A DNA stretch of 64,000 nt from a virus (Duplodnaviria; Caudoviricetes). Location: IMG/VR virus record IMGVR_UViG_3300028603_000032, positions 1 through 64,000 of that record; one strand, written 5' to 3'. This document shows, one piece after another, positions 56,588 to 64,000 of this stretch (positions within the stretch are counted from its first letter, which is position 1; each line of letters begins with the position of its first letter). The notes under the pieces were generated by a model that searched no databases, was not told the origin of the DNA, and saw only the letters and a list, made by a program, of their open reading frames with translations. The position numbers and the translations under genes are program-made.

Positions 56588-56870
56588 TGTCAGTTTACTC
56601 CCATTACAATTGCCGCCCCGATCCCGAGGCCCACAGCCATTATCGAAAGAAGGATGGCGCTGATTGCCACCTTGATCCCGTAGTGTATTTCCAATTCTGT
56701 CCCGTGCATTTGTTCATGGTCCTTGTTCTACACACGCGACTGACTTAGTTTTGGGCCGACCCATTCGACAGCAGCGCTTCGCCAGGGCTGGCTACTAGGT
56801 GCGGGGTCTAGGAGGCAAACCCCCTGCCGGCATGGGCGCTAAGTCCCTCATTCGCGCCCCGGCCCAAAAC

Positions 56871-57134
56871 TCAGTAGCTCCTGCTTTCAACGTAGATCCG
56901 AAGGCGCTCCAAGGACTCCAGAACGAATTCCTTCCCGCCCAATGGATGGCCCATCTGTCGATCACACCAGAGCTGAGCATCGGCGAATTTGTTTCCGCGC
57001 CACGTGTCAGCGCAGAACTGATTGGTCATCGCCTGCACTTTGGCCTTCGATGCTTCGCGGTCTCTCCTGATACGATCCACCAGAGATGAATACGGGCGGG
57101 GTGCGACGGGCAGGGGAATTACGTTGTCGTTCAT
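56871..57134 (-). CDS. Hypothetical protein
   Basis: RBS GAGGA; NVIPLP start. Confidence 0.5.
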   Translation of the reverse strand: MNDNVIPLPVAPRPYSSLVDRIRRDREASKAKVQAMTNQFCADTWRGNKFADAQLWCDRQMGHPLGGKEFVLESLERLRIYVESRSY

Positions 57135-57745
57135 GACCAGTGCTCCATCCTCCTTTGCTGATAGCGACACTGGTCCTCACACCAGCATCCCTGCCAATCA
57201 GCACGCCTGCCGTACTTGCGCTTTAGGCGCGTCATCTCTGTGAGGTTGTCTGAGCAGATGGTGTCCCAAATGTCGTGCCAGACAGCGCCGTAATGAACGC
57301 CTTTCGGCGGCTTGTAGTCGAAGGCATCGCACTCGATGATATCGACACGATCGCTTGAGTAATGCGGTCCAACCAAGTCGATCACATCCGGGTCTATCTC
57401 GACCACAGTGATATGTTCGACTTCGGTCTTCTTTAGGATCGCGGCGAGAACCATGCCGATCCCGAGGCCGTTTATGAGGACGTGCCCGTGTGACTTTTGG
57501 ACGGCAAGCCTGTGGTCTCTGCGCTCATCTGGCGTATCGCTCATGACAACGCCGCGCTTGGCATGGATTAGTTGCGTATATGTTCCGGGCGGAATATACC
57601 CGCGCCCTCCGCCGACGATCGCCCTCATCTTACTCATGTTGCTATCGCTCTGGTCGACCTGAAAACGCTCCACGCGCCAATGACCCTTCGTTCCTTCCGG
57701 GATGCTTACTGACTCGATCATCCTATCGGCCTCCGTTTCGGCCAT
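57131..57745 (-). CDS. Class I SAM methyltransferase (spermidine-synthase-like)
   Basis: VLINGLGIG, VVEIDPDVI, ECDAF, WHDIW. Confidence 0.75.
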   Translation of the reverse strand: MAETEADRMIESVSIPEGTKGHWRVERFQVDQSDSNMSKMRAIVGGGRGYIPPGTYTQLIHAKRGVVMSDTPDERRDHRLAVQKSHGHVLINGLGIGMVLAAILKKTEVEHITVVEIDPDVIDLVGPHYSSDRVDIIECDAFDYKPPKGVHYGAVWHDIWDTICSDNLTEMTRLKRKYGRRADWQGCWCEDQCRYQQRRMEHWS

Positions 57746-57746
57746 T

Positions 57747-57947
57747 TCATGCGGACTTCCTTCCCTCGATGATCACCAGGGCAGACACCTCTTGTTTCAG
57801 GCGGCCTGCGAGCCACTTGATCCGGTCTTGGCGCGCCCTGTTATCAGGACTGGTCGAGAACGACCCGCCGTTCTTCAACTCTGCCGTAATGGCATTCTCC
57901 ATCTTGTGGAGCTGTATGCGGGCAGAGCGGATGGCTTCGATTGTCAT
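57747..57947 (-). CDS. Hypothetical protein
   Basis: Overlap-coupled. Confidence 0.5.
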   Translation of the reverse strand: MTIEAIRSARIQLHKMENAITAELKNGGSFSTSPDNRARQDRIKWLAGRLKQEVSALVIIEGRKSA

Positions 57948-58204
57948 GGCTTCTCACCGCGGACTTTGGCGCGCTCGGCAATCATCCTGTCCGCAATCTC
58001 GTATGCTTGAACGGCAATCAGCCGTGGGCTGTCGCCGTGCCACACGTTCTGCCCCGTCAACATCCCAGCCAAAGCCTGCCCGGCGAACCAGTCCCTGAGC
58101 GACATGCCGGGCTCGAAACTCTGGTTCCAAGTCCCGTCCGGGCAATGTCCCTGTTCGGTCGGAAACGCAGGCCCACCATCATCAATCTTTTTAGTTCCGC
58201 TCAT
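57944..58204 (-). CDS. Conserved phage protein (DGGPAFP…GMSLRDWFA family)
   Basis: DGGPAFP, GMSLRDWFAGQAL, AY.IADRMIAER. Confidence 0.75.
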   Translation of the reverse strand: MSGTKKIDDGGPAFPTEQGHCPDGTWNQSFEPGMSLRDWFAGQALAGMLTGQNVWHGDSPRLIAVQAYEIADRMIAERAKVRGEKP

Positions 58205-58521
58205 TTCGCCCTCAATTCCGGTTTGAATGAATACGTCCGCGTATATGGAACTACCGGCTTTGTCCGCATGATCGCCCTTGCCAAGCGCCTGATATGGTTG
58301 TATTTCAGACTTGCTGCGGGGTATTTCGATTGCTCGACCATGTGCAGGAGCTCCGCCGCTGAGGCGCAGATTTCAGATAGTACGTCGTCGTGCTTCATCT
58401 CTTCCCTCATTTTCTCAGCGACGCGTTTCGCAAGCCATCCGCCGATGATGAGCAGCGATCCTCCGAAATAGGAGGCTGCCTCGATCGGCATCATTGCTTC
58501 GCTCTCAGCGCCTTTGCCCAC
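58201..58521 (-). CDS. Hypothetical protein
   Basis: Overlap-coupled; start uncertain. Confidence 0.45.
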   Translation of the reverse strand: MGKGAESEAMMPIEAASYFGGSLLIIGGWLAKRVAEKMREEMKHDDVLSEICASAAELLHMVEQSKYPAASLKYNHIRRLARAIMRTKPVVPYTRTYSFKPELRAK

Positions 58522-58609
58522 GCAATCAGGGCGACAAAGAAGGCCCCAAAAATCGCCAGCATCAGAAACACGTCGGACCAGTTCTTAACTGCGAACCACA
58601 GGTCAGCCA

Positions 58610-58975
58610 TCACAGCACCTGCGCGCGGTAGTAGGCGAGGTCGCGCTCGTTCTCGTAGGGATCGTCAGCCGGGATCGATGCGAGCCAATCTCCGAACTGG
58701 ATTTTTATGGCGTCCTTGATGTTTCCCTCCAGCCCATCGAAGAGCTGGCGCTGCAGGCTGTTGGCGGGCTGCGTGCTGTCAAGGCGGACGCCAATGTCGA
58801 TCCAATCGACGTTGAAATCCTCGTCCACCCGGACCTTGCCGGCGAACATGCTCTCGGTAGAAATCCACTCGCCATTTACCGCGTCGTAGACCTTGAGAGG
58901 GATTTCCTCGAATTCGAACTCCGCATATTCAAGATCGCGATTGACGAGGTAATGGGTGGTGTCCAACTCACACAT
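58610..58975 (-). CDS. Acidic hypothetical protein
   Basis: RBS GGAGG. Confidence 0.55.
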   Translation of the reverse strand: MCELDTTHYLVNRDLEYAEFEFEEIPLKVYDAVNGEWISTESMFAGKVRVDEDFNVDWIDIGVRLDSTQPANSLQRQLFDGLEGNIKDAIKIQFGDWLASIPADDPYENERDLAYYRAQVL

Positions 58976-58977
58976 GA

Positions 58978-59160
58978 CTAGTGCCTCCGTTGAGTGGCGA
59001 GCTTGATGTTTGCGAGGGCCTTCTGGATGCGCCGGTTGCGAGCTGTCGCAAGGCCCATCTCGTAGCCTTCGATGTATTCAGGGGTTGAATAGAGATCAGG
59101 TGGCAAACCGCGTTCGCCGTGCTGCCAGCCCCGGAATATTTCTCGGTCCTCGCGGGTCAT
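58978..59160 (-). CDS. Hypothetical protein
   Basis: GWQHGERG…YIEGYEMG. Confidence 0.5.
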   Translation of the reverse strand: MTREDREIFRGWQHGERGLPPDLYSTPEYIEGYEMGLATARNRRIQKALANIKLATQRRH

Positions 59161-59447
59161 GGCTGCTCTCCATTAGCCTTGGCGAGAGCTGCGCGAGCGC
59201 CGTTGAGAGTGGCAAGTCCGGGAACATTCAGTCCACCAGAGCGCTCTAGCGGTTCGAGGTGACGCACCAAGTGGCTGAGCTGACGCACCAGATCGTCGTG
59301 TGCATTGACAGCGCGGACGATGAGGCTGGCGTGCAATTCGCTTAGATGATCGGCCACAGCGTGCCCGTTACCGTCATAGACGATGGCGCTGTAGCCCTCG
59401 GAGAGCTGGTGAACCTCGTAGGTCCATTGAGTTGCTGAGGTATCCAT
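59157..59447 (-). CDS. Hypothetical protein, first gene of left early operon
   Basis: RBS GGAGG; IVRAVNAHDDLV..L pattern. Confidence 0.6.
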   Translation of the reverse strand: MDTSATQWTYEVHQLSEGYSAIVYDGNGHAVADHLSELHASLIVRAVNAHDDLVRQLSHLVRHLEPLERSGGLNVPGLATLNGARAALAKANGEQP

Positions 59448-59643
59448 CTGCGCGCGCCTCCTCCGGTTGAAAGGGGAGGGCGGCGTCCACGCTGGATGAG
59501 CGATCGGGGTCAGCTCATCACTTCCACCGCCCTGCCGCTGGCGGCCTCTCGCTCCGGGGAGAGTGAGGGAGACCGCCAGCGGGCCGGACAGGGCGCTTTG
59601 CACGATCTGCTCGGGGTTGATCTGCGTCCTGCCTGACACGAAC

Positions 59644-59694
59644 ACAATACGGAAAATCGGAATAATCGGTCAAGCAGAAAATGCGGAAAATCCG
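59644..59694 (-). promoter_or_regulatory. PL-like promoter with operator repeats
   Basis: TTGACC-18-TATTGT on minus strand; CGG-AAAAT-CCG at 59684-59694 and imperfect copies at 59650 and 59658. Confidence 0.6.
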
Positions 59695-59767
59695 AAATCA
59701 ATACGCAGAAATGAAAACGCCGCGTTGCGTGACGGCAACACGGCGCGGGCGATGATTCGGAGAAACC

Positions 59768-60469
59768 TCAGATTTGGTAGGCGGTGTACACCCCTACCAC
59801 CAGCCCCTCCATGATGACCTTCTCAAGATCGTCTTCGGAAGGGTATGCCACGACCGGCCTGGGTGACTGCCGGCTGATGGTGATGCAGTGCAGCTCGGTG
59901 CGTCCGTCCTGGATCACCACCCGGCGGATCGTGTGCTCTTTCTGTCCGCCGCGGTCCCGGATGACGTGAACCTCGTCCCCTTGGAGAGGGCTCTGCCTTA
60001 TCTTGAAGTAAGGTACGCAAATTGCGAATCGGTTAGGATCTTCCTCGTAAGCTACCCAGTATTGGTCCAATCCGACTAATTTCGGGCTTGGGTCTGCTGG
60101 GACGCGTCTTGCTGCGTCCATTGAATGCCCCCCTTCCCGCCACACGCCTGGCGCGATAATAGCTCGTCCAAATATCAGCTTCTGTACGTCGCCTCCCCTC
60201 GGAGGCTCTAACGGCCTCACTGTTGACATATTACCGGCACCGTTTTGGTCTGGTCTACTCACAATTTCAGGGGGAGGATCGACGCCGAGATACCTGGCGA
60301 TGATCGGGACCTCGTGCGCAGAGAAGCGCCGTCTGCCGGACTTGAGGTCGGTGATCGCGCTCGGCGGGACTTTCAGTAACCTAGCTAACTCCTTCTGACT
60401 CTTGCCCGAACGGCGTGGCAACGCACTCAGTGCGTCTCTGAACCACTTTGCCAGCGCCTCCTGTTCCAT
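59768..60469 (-). CDS. CI-like repressor (XRE HTH + C-terminal domain)
   Basis: SQKELARLLKVPPSAITDLKSGRR; divergent from cro-like gene. Confidence 0.8.
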   Translation of the reverse strand: MEQEALAKWFRDALSALPRRSGKSQKELARLLKVPPSAITDLKSGRRRFSAHEVPIIARYLGVDPPPEIVSRPDQNGAGNMSTVRPLEPPRGGDVQKLIFGRAIIAPGVWREGGHSMDAARRVPADPSPKLVGLDQYWVAYEEDPNRFAICVPYFKIRQSPLQGDEVHVIRDRGGQKEHTIRRVVIQDGRTELHCITISRQSPRPVVAYPSEDDLEKVIMEGLVVGVYTAYQI

Positions 60470-60542
60470 GGGCGCTATTCGCCCCTCAACAGGTTAAAAA
60501 TCAATCCATCGCGGCTTAGTATTTTCAGAACACATGAATTGT

Positions 60543-60588
60543 GGATAAACCGAACGGTCTTGACTGAGGCTTCGGAATAACCGAATAT
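60543..60588 (+). promoter_or_regulatory. PR-like promoter with palindromic operator
   Basis: TTGACT (60560)-17-GAATAT; TTCGG-AATAA-CCGAA at 60571-60585. Confidence 0.6.
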
Positions 60589-60594
60589 GCGAGC

Positions 60595-60837
60595 ATGAAG
60601 CCTCGTAGAGACACCATCTATCTTGAGCCGGCCGCTCGCGTCATCCGAACCTTCGGGGGACGAAGCGTAGTTGCTGAGGTATGTGGAGTGACTGCGCATC
60701 GCGTTCATTCGTGGATGCGGCCGAGCGAGGTCGGGGGAACCGACGGTCGCATCCCGACCAAGCACCTGTCGAAACTACTGCAGTACGCTGAGCAGAACAA
60801 GCTTCCGCTCAAGCCTCGTGACTTCATATCCGCGTAA
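60595..60837 (+). CDS. Cro-like HTH regulator
   Basis: FGGRSVVAEVCGVTAHRVHSW…GRIP. Confidence 0.75.
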   Translation: MKPRRDTIYLEPAARVIRTFGGRSVVAEVCGVTAHRVHSWMRPSEVGGTDGRIPTKHLSKLLQYAEQNKLPLKPRDFISA

Positions 60838-60859
60838 CTGTCTGAGTTGCATAGCGTTC

Positions 60860-61063
60860 CTCGATAGCGTTGGCGTCACGGTCACAAGATCCCCGAGAGC
60901 CGGTGCGCCGCTAGTGGCGTGGCAATAAGCCGGAATAAGGGGTCGGTCCACTTTGGCGGGTCGCTACCGGCTCTCGGATCGTGACGCCAACCGTATCGAG
61001 TGGGGCACTGCCAGTGAGCGTAGGCAGCGGCGTAGAGCAGGCGCTCTGGGGAACGCCGCTGTC
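60860..61063 (+). ncRNA. Candidate structured RNA downstream of cro
   Basis: Nested stems 60860-66/60994-61000, 60869-82/60978-91, 60893-904/60966-77; second hairpin 61023-33/61053-63. Confidence 0.45.
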
Positions 61064-61351
61064 ATTTGAGATGCCGTAGCGAACGGCTGGACTTCGATGC
61101 TCCATGACAGAGCCGGGGCATCGGGGGGTGAAGGCCAAGTAGGCTCGCCACCGGGCGCACGGTGGCTGCAACGTCTGAGTTAATGGACGTGACTTAGCCG
61201 AGTGGAGAGGAACTCGGCACCTAAAGTTTCCCGTATCGCGTGTGCGTCGAGAGATCGAAATGACCAAAAGCCGTTTCTCGCCAACGGCTGCAGCGTGAGG
61301 CGAGGATGCTCCGGAAGAGCGCTCTACCGACGAGGTTATCCGGAAAAGAGA

Positions 61352-61422
61352 TTCTCGGTAGCGGACTGGCAGACGAAACGGGTGAGTACTGTGAGGCGGT
61401 GGTTCGAATCCACCCCTGCGAA
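61352..61422 (+). pseudogene. Degenerate tRNA-like element (Leu-like D-arm, GAG anticodon)
   Basis: TAGCGGACTGGCAGACG D-arm-like; perfect T-arm GGTGG-TTCGAAT-CCACC; acceptor stem pairs poorly. Confidence 0.3.
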
Positions 61423-61690
61423 AGCGGGAAGCTCAATGGAGGAGCGCGCGAGAAAGCCCGGCCATCCACGTATCGCGTTCGATTACTTAGGAGGGACCGA
61501 TGCGATACGATGCCCACATTGAGCTGCGAAAAATCCTGCTTCGGCAGAGAGGCACAACAGCACGAGATTTCGTCGGTTCTTTGACCGGCGATCCGAGGCC
61601 CTTGGGTCAGTCCCCTATGGGCGTTTCCTCCCTAAACTCAGGCCGTCCTCAACCGGGGGCGGCCCCTCTTTCTGCTGGGGAGGGGCGGGG

Positions 61691-62248
61691 ATGAGATTCG
61701 ACTTCTGGACGAACGACAAAATCGAGCATCTCAAGAAGCTGCATTTCGCCGGGCTTTCGGCCAGCAAGATAGCATCGCGCATCGGGACAACGCGAAGCGC
61801 TGTCATAGGAAAGATCCACCGCCTGGGAATTCAGCGCGGAACATGGGCCACGAAAGCGGCAGCAAGAGAACGCGTGCGCCGCCAATCCAAGCCAAGACAG
61901 AAAAGACGGGAGGTGAAAATGAAGCCGAATCCACTGATCGAGCTATTGGCGCTCCCGCTACCCGAGGAGCCGAAGGACGAGATCGCCCGCACCACCATCG
62001 TGGATCGCGAGAAGGACCAATGCGCCTGGATCATCGGGCCGTCGAACGAGATGAAGTGCTGCGGAGCCCCGATTGTCCCCGGCCTCTCGTCTCCGTACTG
62101 CATCGACCACGCTAGGCGGGCCTATTCGCTGCCGGCGGTCGAGCGGAAAGAGCTCATTCTGCAAGACATGCAGCAGGCCATTGCCAGGAAGCAGGCCCGT
62201 GAGGCCGGTGAGTTGCAGGACGCAGAGAAAGAAAAGGAAGCCGCGTAA
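61691..62248 (+). CDS. gcrA: GcrA-like cell-cycle regulator
   Basis: WTNDKIEHLKKL…GLSASKIASRIGTTRSAVIGKIHRLG; CAWIIG…CCGAP…PYCIDHARRAY. Confidence 0.8.
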   Translation: MRFDFWTNDKIEHLKKLHFAGLSASKIASRIGTTRSAVIGKIHRLGIQRGTWATKAAARERVRRQSKPRQKRREVKMKPNPLIELLALPLPEEPKDEIARTTIVDREKDQCAWIIGPSNEMKCCGAPIVPGLSSPYCIDHARRAYSLPAVERKELILQDMQQAIARKQAREAGELQDAEKEKEAA

Positions 62249-62251
62249 GAG

Positions 62252-62695
62252 ATGTCCGCATCCGCGTGGAGTCGAGTCAAAAACTGGTTCGTAGCTCCTT
62301 TCAACCCGCGCGTAGAGCAACGCGTTACCGGGCTGAGCCCGCGCGTGCGTGAGAAAAGCACCTGCGTAGAAGTCCCAGCGTCAACGCAGGCCAGCGCGTT
62401 CCTCGAATGGTTACGGGAAGACCCCAGACGTACAGGGGACCAGCCACCGCGTTACCTGATGGTCTGTTACCGCGTGTTCTGCGACCGCATGAACTGGCGT
62501 GTTTTGACGTGGCAACGCGTGGGCCACGAGCTGGCGTTGATAATTGGAGAGGGGTCGAAAGTGGTTTCGTGCGACGGGAGAAAGCAACGCATGTGGCACA
62601 TTCCGAGACACGCACCGCCACGCGTAACTACTGCCGCGGCGGCCTCTCATCAACGCGTTCTAGGGCACATGGCAACGAGGGCGGAGGCGGCATGA
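62252..62695 (+). CDS. Hypothetical protein
   Basis: Operon-coupled. Confidence 0.5.
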   Translation: MSASAWSRVKNWFVAPFNPRVEQRVTGLSPRVREKSTCVEVPASTQASAFLEWLREDPRRTGDQPPRYLMVCYRVFCDRMNWRVLTWQRVGHELALIIGEGSKVVSCDGRKQRMWHIPRHAPPRVTTAAAASHQRVLGHMATRAEAA

Positions 62696-63071
62696 GCCAG
62701 GAGCAACGATCAAAATGGCAATGCCTTCTATGGTCCTTCCAGCTCATTCCGCTGCGTGCGAGCGAGGACCAGATCATTCAAGTCGCGGAGTGGTTGCGTA
62801 GCTCGAAATGAGTTGAGCCCCGGTTTGCCGGCCGGGGCTCTGGGAAACGAGTGCCTGAGTAGGTGGGGGTTGTGTCGAGTCTGACTGGTATCTCTGCCGG
62901 GAGATCCAGCCGCCGATCAAACGCTGACTGACGCGACTAACAAAGAGGTTTCACGCTCATGCTTGTACCCGAAACCGAGACCGCGCGCAAGAAAGATTTG
63001 CACGCTCCCTCAACTGATAATCCACAAGGAGTTCATCGCATTGGTGATCACGCCATCATTTTGGGGAGGGC

Positions 63072-63476
63072 GTGATGGGACTACTCGACGATACGATATC
63101 CAGAAATTTTTCCGCGATGGAAATGGTAAGCCTGCTCCGTGATGTCCAGGGCAACAACCCGGATAGGCACCCGCTGGGCTTCGTGTGTTCGTTCGTGCCA
63201 CCGGAAAGGCCGCCGCTGGACGAGGAGCAGGATGCACCCAACGGGAAGGATGTTGCGTGGGCAGTCTGGCAGAAGACCTACGGGTCGTGCTCCTACTGTG
63301 GTGAGCCTACCAATCCATTCAACAGAACGGCCGCGAATGGATTTCAAATCGACCACATGATCCCACGCGCTCATGGCGGGTCAGATGACATCGACAATCT
63401 CGTGCCGTCTTGCAGGCGATGCAACAATTCTAAGCTAGCCCGAACGCCTGATCAGTGGGGGGGACGCCATGTCTAA
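63072..63476 (+). CDS. HNH endonuclease
   Basis: CSYCG…IDHMIPRAHGGSDDIDNLVPSCRRCNNSK. Confidence 0.88.
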   Translation: MMGLLDDTISRNFSAMEMVSLLRDVQGNNPDRHPLGFVCSFVPPERPPLDEEQDAPNGKDVAWAVWQKTYGSCSYCGEPTNPFNRTAANGFQIDHMIPRAHGGSDDIDNLVPSCRRCNNSKLARTPDQWGGRHV

Positions 63477-64000
63477 CACGGCTCCTATCGGGCATAACGG
63501 CGGGCCTGAATTAGACGAGGAAGTCACCTTCCCAGATCGAGAAGGCTTCATCGCCGTTGCCCGCAGCATGCGCGATCACTGGCTGGTCGGGTTCGGGTCT
63601 GAGGGCCGCTTCTCGAAGGCCGAAGCCTGGCAGGACCTCATCATGGAATGCCGGTACGAGCCCGGCAAGATCATGAACGGCGGCAAGCCAATGCTTCTGA
63701 AGCCTGGGCAGCTCGTAGGGGCCGTTTCCTATCTGGCCAGCCGCTGGAACTGGACGCCAAAGGCCGTTCGGATCTTCCTCGATAAGCTCGAAGCAGAATG
63801 TATGATCACCCTCGATTACGGAACTTATGTTGATCCTGAGCACACTCCAAAACAGGGCACCAACTCGGGCAAACACAAGGGCAAACAGGCCAAGGTACTA
63901 ACAGTCTGTAAATACGACATTTATCAGCTTGGGTGGAGGGCGCAAGGGCAAATAAAAGGGCAATCAGAAGGGCAAATGAACGGCAAACAAGGGGCAAATG
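63469..64000 (+). CDS. Replication initiator (lambda O-like), 3' truncated
   Basis: GFIAVARSMRDHW…AWQDLIM…LKPGQLV…LASRWNWT..VRIFLDKLE; contains iterons. Confidence 0.72.
   Translation, partial: MSNTAPIGHNGGPELDEEVTFPDREGFIAVARSMRDHWLVGFGSEGRFSKAEAWQDLIMECRYEPGKIMNGGKPMLLKPGQLVGAVSYLASRWNWTPKAVRIFLDKLEAECMITLDYGTYVDPEHTPKQGTNSGKHKGKQAKVLTVCKYDIYQLGWRAQGQIKGQSEGQMNGKQGAN
63853..64000 (+). repeat. Iteron-like repeats (probable replication origin)
   Basis: ~8 GGGCAA(A)-type copies at ~12-bp spacing inside the initiator gene. Confidence 0.7.

Noticed and set aside
62815-62840. GC hairpin as intrinsic terminator
   Set aside because: Strong stem but no U-tract follows; left unassigned.
1-64000. 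Alternative genetic code / stop-codon recoding
   Set aside because: Conserved genes are full length in code 11 with normal coupling; no systematic in-frame stops.

Overview
The whole window is phage DNA: a temperate podovirus-type phage of an alphaproteobacterial host (GcrA-like gene, T7/BPP-1-like morphogenesis module). It appears to be the free (excised) form, because an intact attP-like site lies internally next to the integrase. Layout: (1-9.5 kb) a long repeat-rich fibre-like protein, then a cluster of soluble glycosyltransferases, SAM methyltransferases, a P-loop kinase and a ParB/Srx-like enzyme; (10-35 kb) terminase, portal, scaffold, capsid, decoration protein, tail tube A/B, internal virion proteins and a ~3380-aa polyvalent ejected protein; (35-38 kb) lysis; (38.5-48 kb) ISL3-type transposase and an array of small genes separated by repeated intergenic elements; (48-50 kb) attP, integrase and excisionase; (50-60 kb) early left operon; (60-64 kb) cI/cro switch, structured non-coding leader, gcrA-like gene, HNH and replication initiator with iterons. 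Headline finding: the tripeptide Asp-Thr-Gly (DTG) occurs about 57 times (hand count, varied synonymous codons) in five predicted virion-surface proteins. It does not occur once in ~6300 aa of portal, terminase, scaffold, major capsid and internal/ejected proteins. The adjacent co-transcribed GT/MTase/kinase cluster suggests a sequon-directed virion-surface O-glycosylation (glycan shield) system. The motif distribution is seen in the sequence; the function is inference. Family assignments come from motif recognition, not database searches.
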